35,674 nt of DNA from a virus: UHGV virus genome UHGV-0134856, one strand, 5' to 3'. Below the pieces are notes generated by a model. It searched no databases. It worked only from the letters and a program-made list of their open reading frames with translations, and was not told where the DNA came from. Position numbers and translations under genes: made by a program. Position 1 is the first letter of the stretch. Every line of letters begins with the position of its first letter. Positions 7,110-17,373 of this stretch are shown here, in pieces.

Positions 7110-10001
7110 TTACCGCATGCCAGGGTCAACCTGATTTATCAGCGGCGCAATCCAGAAAAGATTGTTTCCCGGTAGCAGCGTACGCACGTTGTGCAGCACC
7201 CGGTCACCTGCATCACCATTGAGCACACCAGCGGTCACGTCGGTAATGGTATCGAGCAGGCCAAACGTCGGCCCCAGCGCAGAGCCGATAAAGCCACGGC
7301 TGGCATAACGTGACTGTGTGCCGGTACCGAGCAATGCGCCCAGCCCCACCATTCCGCCGGATGCCTTTTCCGCCATATTGTTATATTCCATCAGAGGGCC
7401 GAGAATACCGGAACGGTCGACACCTTCAATGACGAGTTTCTGAGGCGACCAGTCAACCTCTTTACCGTTTGCAGACTGTTTCAGCGCGTACGTCAGTGCG
7501 CCGAGGCCAATCTGGAAAGCGGTACCGTAATAAAACTGACCGGTTCCCTCCTGCAGGCCGCCCAGCGTTGCACGGTTGTAGGACGCAGTAGCGAACGATT
7601 TAAACTGGAAGATAGTTTTACCCAGCGGCGTGCTGGCCCACAGTGGTGTATCGCCGATCCCCGGTGTGATAACGGTATTGTTAACGTCTTTGAGCACCGC
7701 CGACTGGAAGACACCAGCCACATGCTGATCGTCCCATTTTTCAAAATTGCCGATATGCCAGCCATTGATTACCTCGCCGTGCTTTTCGAATTCGCTGCGG
7801 ATACGCGCGGCCATATTGTCGTTAATGCCGAGCTTGGCAAGGCGGCGGCCAGCGAACGTACCGGACAGAATTCCGTCAGAGGTGATCATGCCGTTTACCG
7901 ATTTGTTCATATCGTCGAAGTGGCCCATCAGCGTGAGCTTGCCGAACGCATCGGTGACGCGCTCCATGCCCGCTTCTACCGCCGTAGTGCGGGCGGAACT
8001 GTCTACCAGGTCGCCCATCGTACGCGCGCGGGTATGGAGGATGGTCTCCAGCCCGACGGCCATTTTTAACTGTTCGGCCCGGTTGGCCTTGAATGCCGGC
8101 GACCGAGTTATCAGCGCAGAGTAACCGCGCATGGTATTGCCAAACCCATTAACCATCACACCGCGGGCGAGATCAGGAATAGCGGAAACGGTCATACCGC
8201 CAAGCTTGGTGACAAAGTTAGCGCTGCGAAGGAACGCACCGGCGCGTACGAAAAATGATGATGGATCGTCCGGCATGCCGTAGGTACCCGCCAGGCGGTC
8301 GCGCAGCGCTGTGATGTCGCGAATATCGTTATCGCGGGCTTTCGCCAGCTTCGCCTGGTCTTTGGGGTTCTGGCGCATCAGCGCATCGTATTCATCCTGA
8401 ATATCCTTGAGCTGCTTTTCCAGCGATTTGTTACCGAATGCGCGCGTCAGCTCAACCTCTGCTGACGCCTCGCGGATATGACGCTGCAGTACATAATTGG
8501 CGTCGCTCTCCAGATAATCTTTCATCAGGCGATCGGGAACGCTGAGCGTACGCGACCGGGTGCTGCCTGCCGCTTTCACCATAAAGACGTTCGCAAAATC
8601 CTGCGGTATTTTTGCGCCGACAATTTTATTGATCGTGGCATCAGCCGTAATTTCAGCCTCTTCGCGGGACATGCTTTTCTCACCGCGAGACCACCAGTCG
8701 ACCAGCATGTCGCGGAATTTATCGCGCTCGTTAACGATCTTGCCGACTTTGTACACGCGCGGGAAATAACTCTCCTGACCGATGGCTTTCAGTTCCTCGT
8801 CAGGCGGCAACAGGCCAAGCTTTTGCTGCGCCACTTTCACCCGGTTAACCACGGTGCGCATTGCCTGTGCCGCTTCCTGCACCACCGGATTAGCATGCAC
8901 ATCGCCGCTGCGCATGGCGTTGCCAACTTCCTCACGGAACTGTGAAAAGCTCAGGTCACCGCCAGCCGCTTTGTACTGGCTGTAGGCCTGCTTGTTCGTC
9001 ACTACGACGGCAGCCTCTTCACGACGCCACCCGCGCACGCGGGTTTCTGCCGCGACGGGCGTCTCGATACCCCGGGCATTACCCTGCAGGGTGTAGTTAT
9101 TCTCCGCCAGCTCCAGCGCCGTACGGCGGGAGGTTTTCGACGGTGACTCCATAAGACGGGTAAACGGCGTCAGATAACTGCCCGCCTTACGTGCCAGTTT
9201 ACCGACCGGACCGCCAGCTGCCGGAGTGAGATCCTCGAGCGTTGCCTCACTGATTCTCGCCGCGCCGACGCTACCACCTTCGGGGAGCGATGCAGCAGCG
9301 GTGTCCGTCGCTGACGTGATACTCATATTATCGAGCGCATCAGCCACTTCGCGCGTGGCAGCAGTGCGAACAGAGGGTGACAGCGCTGCGCCGGCTGCAG
9401 CAAATACACCGCTCATCAACGCACCGGCTGCCACGTGGGAAGCACTTTCGCCCCATGTGCGGGTGATCTGCTGGTTATTCAGGACAACCTCGCTCGCTGC
9501 TGTTGCAGCTGCACCGATTGCAGCCTGCGACGCGATACGGGCAACCGCGCCGCCCTGCGCACCGGGGATAAACATGGAAGCTACGGTGACAGGGTCTACC
9601 ACTCCGGCTGCAATGCTGGCGAGGACACCTTCGCCGCCCGCCTCGGAAAGTACCCTGCGGTCCTCGTTTTCGCCGTCAATCTGTTGTTTCAGCCAGGCGG
9701 TCTCCTCCGGCGATCGGGAATCAGCAAACGCCGAGCCCCACTGTTCGTACCCGTGCAGCTCGGTTTTATCCGCATAAGGGTTATAACCCTCTACCGGCTC
9801 AAACTGTTTGGCCGGGCGGAACATTTCGCCAAGCAGGTTATTCTGACGAAATGCAGCGCCCCACACAGACGGCTCATCCTGCTGAGGTGCCGGGTTGGTA
9901 CCTTCAGGCAAAGGCACATCAAATCCGGTAGGTGCAGCCAGGACATTACCCGCCGGAGTGAATCCGTTATTCAGTTCTTCAGGGATGGCGTATACCGGCA
10001 T
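7110..10001 (-). CDS. Large internal virion / ejection protein (T7 gp15/gp16 analogue), 963 aa
   Basis: Ala/Gly-rich 963-aa protein in the position of the T7 core proteins, downstream of the SLT-containing protein. Confidence 0.65.
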   Translation of the reverse strand: MPVYAIPEELNNGFTPAGNVLAAPTGFDVPLPEGTNPAPQQDEPSVWGAAFRQNNLLGEMFRPAKQFEPVEGYNPYADKTELHGYEQWGSAFADSRSPEETAWLKQQIDGENEDRRVLSEAGGEGVLASIAAGVVDPVTVASMFIPGAQGGAVARIASQAAIGAAATAASEVVLNNQQITRTWGESASHVAAGALMSGVFAAAGAALSPSVRTAATREVADALDNMSITSATDTAAASLPEGGSVGAARISEATLEDLTPAAGGPVGKLARKAGSYLTPFTRLMESPSKTSRRTALELAENNYTLQGNARGIETPVAAETRVRGWRREEAAVVVTNKQAYSQYKAAGGDLSFSQFREEVGNAMRSGDVHANPVVQEAAQAMRTVVNRVKVAQQKLGLLPPDEELKAIGQESYFPRVYKVGKIVNERDKFRDMLVDWWSRGEKSMSREEAEITADATINKIVGAKIPQDFANVFMVKAAGSTRSRTLSVPDRLMKDYLESDANYVLQRHIREASAEVELTRAFGNKSLEKQLKDIQDEYDALMRQNPKDQAKLAKARDNDIRDITALRDRLAGTYGMPDDPSSFFVRAGAFLRSANFVTKLGGMTVSAIPDLARGVMVNGFGNTMRGYSALITRSPAFKANRAEQLKMAVGLETILHTRARTMGDLVDSSARTTAVEAGMERVTDAFGKLTLMGHFDDMNKSVNGMITSDGILSGTFAGRRLAKLGINDNMAARIRSEFEKHGEVINGWHIGNFEKWDDQHVAGVFQSAVLKDVNNTVITPGIGDTPLWASTPLGKTIFQFKSFATASYNRATLGGLQEGTGQFYYGTAFQIGLGALTYALKQSANGKEVDWSPQKLVIEGVDRSGILGPLMEYNNMAEKASGGMVGLGALLGTGTQSRYASRGFIGSALGPTFGLLDTITDVTAGVLNGDAGDRVLHNVRTLLPGNNLFWIAPLINQVDPGMR

Positions 10002-12709
10002 TATTCAGTGCTCCACGAAAAGTAATTTTTAACCCTGTCCATGCGCTCGTTATGCAGGCGCTTGTACTGCTCATCGAGCGCACGGTGTTTATCTTTGAAC
10101 CCACGAATATCCTGCCCGCGTTGCAGCTCATTGCGATTATGTTCTTCGCGCTCTTCCTGCATTTTTTTGTATGGCGCCCACTCTTCCAGTGACGGTTTCC
10201 AGCGCATCGGCCTGCCGTACGAATCGTAGAACGGTTGTACCGCCTCGATACCATCCTTATCTTTTGTTCGCACCATGATGGCGTAATCGCCGTTGCGGGC
10301 CGTCATAACATCAGGGGTAATTTCCAGATCACCGCCAATACGCGACTCCGGCGTTTTACTGGTGACAGGTGCCGCGTTACCGGAAGTGATCCCAAGCTGC
10401 GCTGGGCTGGTGGTGATCTCGCCCTTGCGCTCGCCGTACATCAGGTTTTCTTTTTCTTCTTTCCACTGTGCCGCTTGCCAGCCTGACGGACCGTAGTTAT
10501 AGAGTGCCTCCGGCGCGTATTTCATAAGTTTTGCGTCGCCGTTAACCTCGCTGATACTCCAGGTGCGGGCGATCTGCTGGTTGGTCATTTTTTTGGCCGC
10601 ATCCGCATTACCGCCGGTAGTGCGGTAATTGATGTCGTACAGCGACTGGTAATCGTTGCGGAAACGTGCGGCCTCCGGCGTCTGATCGTCGGCAGATGGA
10701 TTTCCCCAGCTAAAGAAGCCCGACATGCTGCTCACCGCAGAATCCATCGCTTTGCCGCGGTCTTTTTTGTACTCCTTGGTGCTCTGGGTTGATGCCAGTT
10801 GCGCTTTGAGTGCATCGGTCTGGTTGTATGTCAGATTCTGCGCCTGTTCGATAGCGGTTTCGGACGCCATGCCAGAATCGGTAAGCTGTTTAACGGTGAG
10901 ATAAAATCCCTGCATATCCTTTGGCATGTCGCCAACAGACGCGGGATCCGTGTCATAGAGGCGATTAAATAACTCTGCTCCCTGACGGACCGCCTCAGGA
11001 CTGCGCGCGCGGGATATCGCCGATAACTGGGTGGTTACCTGCGAAGGGATGATCCCGGTCTGGGCCACCTGCTGCACAACCCCGTCATGGGTGGTGGCGT
11101 CGTTAATCCGGAAGTTTTGCGCCGTTGGCGTGGCGTCGGCGGCTTTTTGCATGGATTTGTTGGTAGGGTCAAGTTTCTCACCCATAGACAGCGCTTCGTT
11201 AAAACGACGGGTATCACGCTGCGCCTGTATCGCTTCATTGCTTTTCTGCACCAGCGCGCCGAGCTTGCCATACGCATCGAGCTTGAGCGCATAATCAGGG
11301 TCATTTGCCTGAGGTTTTAGCTTTGCGATTTCTGCCTGCTGCTGTTCCGGGGACACGTACTGTATCGCCTGGAAGGTTTTGGCATTGTTGATCGCGATGT
11401 CGAGCTGCTTAACGGCTTTTGCCCCCTGCTCGCCGTACGCAAACATAATTGACGCTTTATCGGGCATCGCGTCAGGCACTTCCCCGTTGTACAGCTGCAC
11501 CATCGTATTGTTCAGAATCGGGTCAATTTGCTCGCGCAGCGCCGTACGCTGCTCGCGGATTTTTGACTCGGCAATGTTATCGATTTTGTTAACCGACACA
11601 GGATCGAGACCGGTTTTATTTTTACGGTACCGAGCCAGCCACCCGCGAGTTTCAGAGGGCAGCTTGCTGATAAACTTAGATTCAGAAATTTCGCCCTTGC
11701 GTGGGTCTCCGGTTTTCGCGATCAGCTTGTCAACGTTACCCATACCCCAGTTATAGGCAGCACCCGCCAGCATTTCAGAGCCATATTTACCGTACAGCTG
11801 ATTTGCGTAATCGCTCGCCAGCAGGGCATTTTGTTCTTCATCTGCCGGGTTATATTCAACTCCGCGCTTCGCCGCCAGCTCTTTACCCGTGTCCGGCATA
11901 AGCTGGTATTTACCCTGAGCACCGGCGGGCGAGGTAATCACGCTGCCGTCAGCGTTAAAATGCTTACCGCCGGACTCGACAATACCGATAGCGCGCATAT
12001 CAAGCGCGCCGGTATCTTTCATAGGAAAATCACCTGCGAGCCACCCCTGAGGGTTAGATACCGCATAATTCTGTGCACGCTGCTCCGTCGCGTTTAAATC
12101 CGCAGAAGTAATAGCCTGCGCAATCTGCTCTGATGACCATCCCTGTGCCTGACCGTAAAGCTCAATAGAATGTTTACGTGCTCCGCGCGCCAACGCTGCC
12201 GCCTGAGGGTCATCATATGCACTGGCTTCCTGCTGAACGGAGGATTTAACAGTTGTTTCAAACTGACTTTGCTGTGCGGCCGCTGTCTGTACGCGTTCAA
12301 AAGTATTATAGGTGCTGAGCCGTTGGACCTGACCCGCTTTCCACTGCGCGTCAAAATACTGCAGCTGGCTCTGCGGTACGCGTTTACGGGCCTCTTCATA
12401 GTCGGAAGAGTCCTGCTTATCCATGTCCAGACCAACGCCGGAAGACTTGAACCCCTGCCGGGTTACCAGCGCGCCGGTCTCCGGGTTTTCCCAGCGGTCA
12501 CTGGATTTCGCATCAAGATCGGTAAGGATAGCCTGGGTTGCCGCCACATCCGCTTTATCCTGCGTGCGCTGTACCTCATCAGCAGTCTGACCTAAAGCCG
12601 CCCCCAGACCTGCAACTGCGTTACCTATTTGCCCGACACTGCTGACACTGACGCGGGTAGGATTCGCCTGCGGCGTAACGTTACCAAAATTACCCGTTGG
12701 AATTCTCAC
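10001..12709 (-). CDS. Internal virion protein with soluble lytic transglycosylase (SLT) domain (T7 gp16-like function), 902 aa
   Basis: SLT signature GIVESGGKHF...GAQGKYQLMPDTGKE...AAYNWGMGNV at about residues 230-330. Confidence 0.8.
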   Translation of the reverse strand: MRIPTGNFGNVTPQANPTRVSVSSVGQIGNAVAGLGAALGQTADEVQRTQDKADVAATQAILTDLDAKSSDRWENPETGALVTRQGFKSSGVGLDMDKQDSSDYEEARKRVPQSQLQYFDAQWKAGQVQRLSTYNTFERVQTAAAQQSQFETTVKSSVQQEASAYDDPQAAALARGARKHSIELYGQAQGWSSEQIAQAITSADLNATEQRAQNYAVSNPQGWLAGDFPMKDTGALDMRAIGIVESGGKHFNADGSVITSPAGAQGKYQLMPDTGKELAAKRGVEYNPADEEQNALLASDYANQLYGKYGSEMLAGAAYNWGMGNVDKLIAKTGDPRKGEISESKFISKLPSETRGWLARYRKNKTGLDPVSVNKIDNIAESKIREQRTALREQIDPILNNTMVQLYNGEVPDAMPDKASIMFAYGEQGAKAVKQLDIAINNAKTFQAIQYVSPEQQQAEIAKLKPQANDPDYALKLDAYGKLGALVQKSNEAIQAQRDTRRFNEALSMGEKLDPTNKSMQKAADATPTAQNFRINDATTHDGVVQQVAQTGIIPSQVTTQLSAISRARSPEAVRQGAELFNRLYDTDPASVGDMPKDMQGFYLTVKQLTDSGMASETAIEQAQNLTYNQTDALKAQLASTQSTKEYKKDRGKAMDSAVSSMSGFFSWGNPSADDQTPEAARFRNDYQSLYDINYRTTGGNADAAKKMTNQQIARTWSISEVNGDAKLMKYAPEALYNYGPSGWQAAQWKEEKENLMYGERKGEITTSPAQLGITSGNAAPVTSKTPESRIGGDLEITPDVMTARNGDYAIMVRTKDKDGIEAVQPFYDSYGRPMRWKPSLEEWAPYKKMQEEREEHNRNELQRGQDIRGFKDKHRALDEQYKRLHNERMDRVKNYFSWSTE

Positions 12710-12711
12710 GG

Positions 12712-13179
12712 TTATTTACTCCCTGCTTTTTTCCAGCCGTTATATGCGGTACCGCCCGCGCTAAGCACAGAGCTACCCGCGCTGATGTAGCCAGATGTTG
12801 AAGCGTTACGGCCAGAGATACGGTCAGCGGACGCCTGCGCATTCAGTCTGGCGCTCTGGTTCGTACCGTTCAGAATGGTCTGGTAAGCATCCTGCTCAGC
12901 ATCGCCAACGATATCGGACTGAATACGCAGCGCTGTGCCTTCCCCCGTGTCCACACCAGACCCGGCAAGAGAAGCTCGCGCTGCAGCTGCCTGTGCCCGT
13001 CCGGCTTTACGGATGCGATCGGCTTCCACCCGTGCAGCTGCTTGTGCAGCCTCGGCATCAGCTTCCGCCTGTGCAGCCTGATAGTTGGACATTTTCTTTT
13101 GCTGCTGCCCGCTATAAACCGCGCCACCGGCGGCAAGCACGGATGCGCCAATAGCCGCAATTTCCACGCCAGTACACAT
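12712..13179 (-). CDS. Internal virion protein (gp14-like), 155 aa with hydrophobic N-terminus
   Basis: Position between the gp12-like and gp15/16-like genes, N-terminal hydrophobic segment, Ala/Gln-rich coiled region. Confidence 0.45.
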   Translation of the reverse strand: MCTGVEIAAIGASVLAAGGAVYSGQQQKKMSNYQAAQAEADAEAAQAAARVEADRIRKAGRAQAAAARASLAGSGVDTGEGTALRIQSDIVGDAEQDAYQTILNGTNQSARLNAQASADRISGRNASTSGYISAGSSVLSAGGTAYNGWKKAGSK

Positions 13180-13181
13180 TT

Positions 13182-13631
13182 TTAAACCTCCATTGAATAC
13201 AGCAGGCCGGAACGTTTCAGACCAAGACGGGAATACATTTCGCCGGTGCGTTCTTCATGTACGCCCGTGGTTATACCCATGTTTATGAGCGCGGCGCCGT
13301 GTTCTTTCGCCCAGGTGATAAAAGCTTTAGCGAGACGCGGGCCCGCAGTGCCGCCGCGATGCTCCGGAGCGACAAAGAGTCCATACTCAAAGGCCATCAG
13401 CTGGCGACTGAACCACTGCTCAGCAACGCCACCCGCCATCCAGCCGATGACTACCCCCTCTTTTTCGGCCACCAGCACACACCCTGCGGGCGACGCGATA
13501 ACGCTTCGGGCAAGCTCTGCACACTTTTCTTCATCGAATGGTGAGTTTTGCGAGTACCGGGATTCGATATACATCCGCGCGCCCAGCTCGATCAGCGCCG
13601 GGATATCCCCGGCTGTTGCGTTACGTACCAT
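13182..13631 (-). CDS. GNAT-family N-acetyltransferase embedded in the virion module
   Basis: Motif A HRGGTAGPRL (R-G-x-G-x-G/A), GNAT-like beta-strand pattern VLVAEKEGVVIGWMAGG. Start at Met 13631, 1 nt after the stop of the upstream gene. Confidence 0.75.
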   Translation of the reverse strand: MVRNATAGDIPALIELGARMYIESRYSQNSPFDEEKCAELARSVIASPAGCVLVAEKEGVVIGWMAGGVAEQWFSRQLMAFEYGLFVAPEHRGGTAGPRLAKAFITWAKEHGAALINMGITTGVHEERTGEMYSRLGLKRSGLLYSMEV

Positions 13632-13632
13632 G

Positions 13633-15624
13633 TCAGCCCCCGTTACTGGTGAATGTGAAAATAATTGCAAGAAGATGGAATGGCAGCGGCTGGCGCTGCT
13701 GGATAAGCAGAGTGTCTTCCCCGCGCTCCCAGCCGAGTTTTCCCCAGTAGTGATCGCCGGTGAATAATGGGGCTGGCTGGTTGAGGATTTTCGGCCCGAA
13801 CCGGCGGAACGGAATAACCTGGCCGTTGCATTCTGCACCTGTAGTATCGAGAAACCGCATCGTCACTTCGCTGGTGCGTTTTCTCGCGTTCTGGGTGGTA
13901 CCTTCGGTAGTGGAAACCTCCGGCGATAGCGTTTCGATCGTGCTTTCGAAGTGCAGGCCGATCTCAACGCTTTTAGCCTTACGTGACAGGGTGATTTGAC
14001 CAGAGGAAACGGTGTACTGCGGCATAACTGCACCATCGGCCACCACATCAACCGTCTGCCCCTCAAGATGCGAAAGCCCAGACCATGTCGTAGCACCATC
14101 GCCGCCGCTGGCCCCTGTAACGGCTGAATCCGTATAGAGTTTGCTGTCGAACACCTCGACATAACGTACGGTCTGGCCGTTTATCTCGCGACAGACGATC
14201 GCATAAACCACATCGTCAGCTTCCGATGGGATGGTCGCCAGCGACTCAAACGCGCCATCTGTTACCTGACGTGACCATGCAATTACATCCTGACCACGAT
14301 CAATAGCCATCGTGACCGCAGCGCCATCAGCCCGGACCATCCAGATAAACGCATCCGGCTGCTGCTGGTATGCCATATCCAGCACACCGCCAGCGGTGAT
14401 GTGCTCGGCCAGCACCGTCATATCGTTGGCGGAATAGGAAACAAAGCTGTCCGGGTCGTACGCTACCGCGTAGAGTTTCCGGCCAGCGCGCTGCACAAAC
14501 ATGATTTCGGTACCAACGCGCACCGGGCGGATCCCGTTGCAGCCGTACGGACTTGGATTTTTCACCGAAATATTGGTCGGTGTTATGGCCGCATCGTTGC
14601 CGGAGGTGATCGTAAACTCGCCGCCGTAGGTCAGCGCAATCAGGGTATTCATCTGCGCCAGATGCACAATTGGGTTCAGCTGGTCAGAAGACAGCGTGAA
14701 GCTGATAGCATCATCATCCTCGGTACCAATCTCAAAGGACAGATAAACGCCCGTTTCGCTCCACCAGATTGTTTGCGGATATTTTGGCGAACCCGCCAGG
14801 ACAAGGCGCTGCTGGTATAGCGTCACCGCGCCGGGGTACCCAAATTCATCGGTCCAGACTGTGTCCTCGCGCGTCCATGAACCCGGTGATGCCGCCTGCG
14901 TGGCGGTTAAGTCGCTGCGGATAGTACCAACGGCAACCTGCGGGCTGGTGATACTTTTAATCAGTACCAGACCGCCATTAAGGCGAACGTATGAGCCAAC
15001 GTCCTGAGCAACCCAGCCGCCCCCCGTAAATGGAGGTGTTGGGTTGGTGCCTGGATCAGCGTCGCTCAGCGTGAGCGTAATTTCAGAGCCCACGAATTCT
15101 TTTACGGACGGCTTACACCACTTCTGTGGTGTATCGCGCACCTCGTCGAATGGCTCAACGACAAATGGCGCTGGCTCAAGCACCCAGTCGGTTTGGCCGC
15201 GTCGCTGGAGACGATGCGGCTTAACAGACTGATGAACCAGAAACATGGTGTCAGCACCCTGCACATAATTTACGGCAGCCAACATATCGGCGGTGTATGG
15301 GCTGGCGATTTCATACGGCGTATTGTCGCCATTAACCAGCTGCTTACCGTTCTGATAAATGCGCATGTAGCCATCGCCGAATTCAAGCATGTAGGCCTGA
15401 GAACGGTTGAACACGTAGGGAATAAGGCGGGATTTTTTATTGCCGAATTTCGTGGCCGCCGCAAAGCGGGTACCAGGTCTGCGGACAACACCACCCTGCA
15501 CGACCACTACCGCGTTTTCGATAATCTTCGCGCCGTTGGCGTAGCGGGCAATATCAACGCGCCCCATCAAACGTGGGGAAACTTCGCCAGCTGTAAAATT
15601 GGTTTTTATAAGGTTCGCGCGCAT
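13633..15624 (-). CDS. Tail tubular protein B-like (gp12 analogue)
   Basis: 661-aa protein following the gp11-like gene. Start at 15624 (MRANLIKTNF) has a GAGG RBS and lies 1 nt after the upstream stop. Confidence 0.6.
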   Translation of the reverse strand: MRANLIKTNFTAGEVSPRLMGRVDIARYANGAKIIENAVVVVQGGVVRRPGTRFAAATKFGNKKSRLIPYVFNRSQAYMLEFGDGYMRIYQNGKQLVNGDNTPYEIASPYTADMLAAVNYVQGADTMFLVHQSVKPHRLQRRGQTDWVLEPAPFVVEPFDEVRDTPQKWCKPSVKEFVGSEITLTLSDADPGTNPTPPFTGGGWVAQDVGSYVRLNGGLVLIKSITSPQVAVGTIRSDLTATQAASPGSWTREDTVWTDEFGYPGAVTLYQQRLVLAGSPKYPQTIWWSETGVYLSFEIGTEDDDAISFTLSSDQLNPIVHLAQMNTLIALTYGGEFTITSGNDAAITPTNISVKNPSPYGCNGIRPVRVGTEIMFVQRAGRKLYAVAYDPDSFVSYSANDMTVLAEHITAGGVLDMAYQQQPDAFIWMVRADGAAVTMAIDRGQDVIAWSRQVTDGAFESLATIPSEADDVVYAIVCREINGQTVRYVEVFDSKLYTDSAVTGASGGDGATTWSGLSHLEGQTVDVVADGAVMPQYTVSSGQITLSRKAKSVEIGLHFESTIETLSPEVSTTEGTTQNARKRTSEVTMRFLDTTGAECNGQVIPFRRFGPKILNQPAPLFTGDHYWGKLGWERGEDTLLIQQRQPLPFHLLAIIFTFTSNGG

Positions 15625-15625
15625 G

Positions 15626-16189
15626 TCAGAACCTCGACTCATAAGTTGGATAACCGCCCAGCTCTTCCGGCGGTTCTTCCTGACCATCGACGGCTTTTGC
15701 CTGTTTCAGCAGGAATGAGGCCTCCTGCGCCAGGCTATCACGCAGGCTGGTGGACCCGGTCACTGCATACGCCAGCTTGGACTGCATCGTCATTTCAGCA
15801 ACATCCACCAGCGCGGCATCCCATGTGGACTCGTCCTCGTTACGGAAGATATAACGCAGGCGAATCACATCGACATTAGCCAGCAGCCGGCTCCCCTCAA
15901 TCCGGTAATCAATATCATCCCGCGGCTCTCCCACGGAAAGAACGCGAATCAGGTCGCCCGGAAGCGAAAACTGATAACCATACCCGAATTCAGGTGCAGC
16001 GCTGACAGGCGAGAGCACAACGCGTTTTATCGCGCAGTTCCACGGGTGAGCGCGGAGTAATTTATTGCGGACAGTAGGGTAAAGGTTGGCGCAAAGACGG
16101 GCATGATCCGTGTCTTCGTCGAAATCATTTATCGGGTGAGCACCCAGCGCAAGAAGTGCGTTTGAGCAGATCGATACACTCGAAGTCAT
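15626..16189 (-). CDS. Tail tubular protein A (T7 gp11-like)
   Basis: N-terminal pattern SNALLALGAHPI...ARLCANLYPTVRNKLLRAHPW parallels T7 gp11 (NDILASIGEPPV...ARRILNKINRQIQSRGW). Confidence 0.7.
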   Translation of the reverse strand: MTSSVSICSNALLALGAHPINDFDEDTDHARLCANLYPTVRNKLLRAHPWNCAIKRVVLSPVSAAPEFGYGYQFSLPGDLIRVLSVGEPRDDIDYRIEGSRLLANVDVIRLRYIFRNEDESTWDAALVDVAEMTMQSKLAYAVTGSTSLRDSLAQEASFLLKQAKAVDGQEEPPEELGGYPTYESRF

Positions 16190-16203
16190 GGCAGAACCTC
16201 AGA

Positions 16204-16232
16204 TGAAAAAAGGCCGGGGGGATACCCCGGCA
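16204..16232 (-). terminator. Rho-independent terminator immediately after the capsid gene (T-phi-like position)
   Basis: GCCGGGG-tatc-CCCCGGC stem followed by U6 on the minus strand. Confidence 0.8.
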
Positions 16233-16246
16233 AACACACCAGCGGC

Positions 16247-17158
16247 TTAAACAACAAAATCGATGGCGACGACTTTTTTCTCGTTGGCGCGGCCAGCACC
16301 ATAAGACGCATCAACAGAGATCTGAATGGTGTTGTTTTTATCGCGACGTGGTCCGATATCGACGTTGTACTCAGCGCCGGTACCGAAATGCACAGCAGAT
16401 TTACACCATGCGACGGCGGTTTTGGTGGTAACGGCCGGATCGCCTGCGGTCGCAGAATCCAGTTTTTCGTATGCCAGCCACTTAAAGCCGAGCCAGTTCC
16501 CAGACACTGCGCCTTCCTGCAGCATTTTCACCGCCATGAAGTCGGCAGAAGTCAGCGTGGTATCGCTGAGGATCTGCGTCAGCATGTCGGCGTTGTAGGT
16601 GATATACAGCTCTTCACCGTTCTGTTCGTCGCACTCGTTGCGGCGGAACATCGCTTTCGCGGCGATCAGCTTGGCTTTGGTCATGCCCGTGCCACCAGCA
16701 ACGATTTTTTGCGACGCAGGCAGCGCCACCGGTGCATACGCACCGCCGCTGGACGTTTTACGCATCACAGGGTCGAGCAGACCACGATAAACAACATCGT
16801 CTTTTTTGCGGTTGGAGGCCGCCAGGGTGAGCTGCAGATATGGACCCTGCGGGTCGGCCAGCAGTTTACGCAGGTCACGTTTTTCAACTGGTACGAATAC
16901 ACCGTAGTCCGCCATCAACGCGTTACGGGTGCCCGCTTCTGGCAGGTCCCATACAGTGTCACCGAAACGCGTGGTGATCTGCGTCATTTCGATGGTGCCC
17001 ATATCGTTGATGGTGAACGCCTCGCCGGTGATCATCCCACGGTCATTTACCGCAGCCTGCAGGCGGGAATCCTTCTGCTGCGCGGCGATTTCGAAAGAAT
17101 CATGAAACTGCGTGATAAACGCAGCGGTGATCATGTTCTTATTGGCATCAAATGGCAT
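16247..17158 (-). CDS. Major capsid protein
   Basis: 304-aa protein after scaffold; GGAG RBS 10 nt upstream of Met 17158; flanked by terminators as expected for a highly expressed coat gene. Confidence 0.75.
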   Translation of the reverse strand: MPFDANKNMITAAFITQFHDSFEIAAQQKDSRLQAAVNDRGMITGEAFTINDMGTIEMTQITTRFGDTVWDLPEAGTRNALMADYGVFVPVEKRDLRKLLADPQGPYLQLTLAASNRKKDDVVYRGLLDPVMRKTSSGGAYAPVALPASQKIVAGGTGMTKAKLIAAKAMFRRNECDEQNGEELYITYNADMLTQILSDTTLTSADFMAVKMLQEGAVSGNWLGFKWLAYEKLDSATAGDPAVTTKTAVAWCKSAVHFGTGAEYNVDIGPRRDKNNTIQISVDASYGAGRANEKKVVAIDFVV

Positions 17159-17307
17159 AACAATCACTCCAGAAAATATCGCCTGCTGGGGTATCGGTTT
17201 CCCGGCCCAAATCTGCACAATGCGGGTGGCGCTTACGCACTGCGGGAAAATCAGGTATCCGGCGTCCCCGCCGGGCTGGTTGTGGGTAGATTGTTAGCGA
17301 GGTTGGC

Positions 17308-17323
17308 GGTCGGAATCCCGACC
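17308..17323 (-). promoter_or_regulatory. Late-unit hairpin motif copy c (perfect GGTCGGAATCCCGACC), immediately after an intrinsic terminator and about 150 nt upstream of the capsid start
   Basis: Perfect 16-mer; placement analogous to T7 phi10. Confidence 0.5.
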
Positions 17324-17326
17324 AAA

Positions 17327-17357
17327 TGAAAAAGCCAGCCTGACCCGCTGGCTTTTG
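17327..17357 (-). terminator. Rho-independent terminator upstream of the capsid unit
   Basis: AGCCAGC-gggtcag-GCTGGCT followed by TTTTTCATTT on the minus strand. Confidence 0.7.
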
Positions 17358-17373
17358 GTAACAGGAAGGGTGA

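Noticed and set aside
6704-7129. Longer 141-aa version of the small terminase ORF
   Set aside because: Its extra N-terminal codons would contain the 16-bp late hairpin motif and a terminator-like hairpin, which are intergenic everywhere else. There is no RBS for the upstream start.
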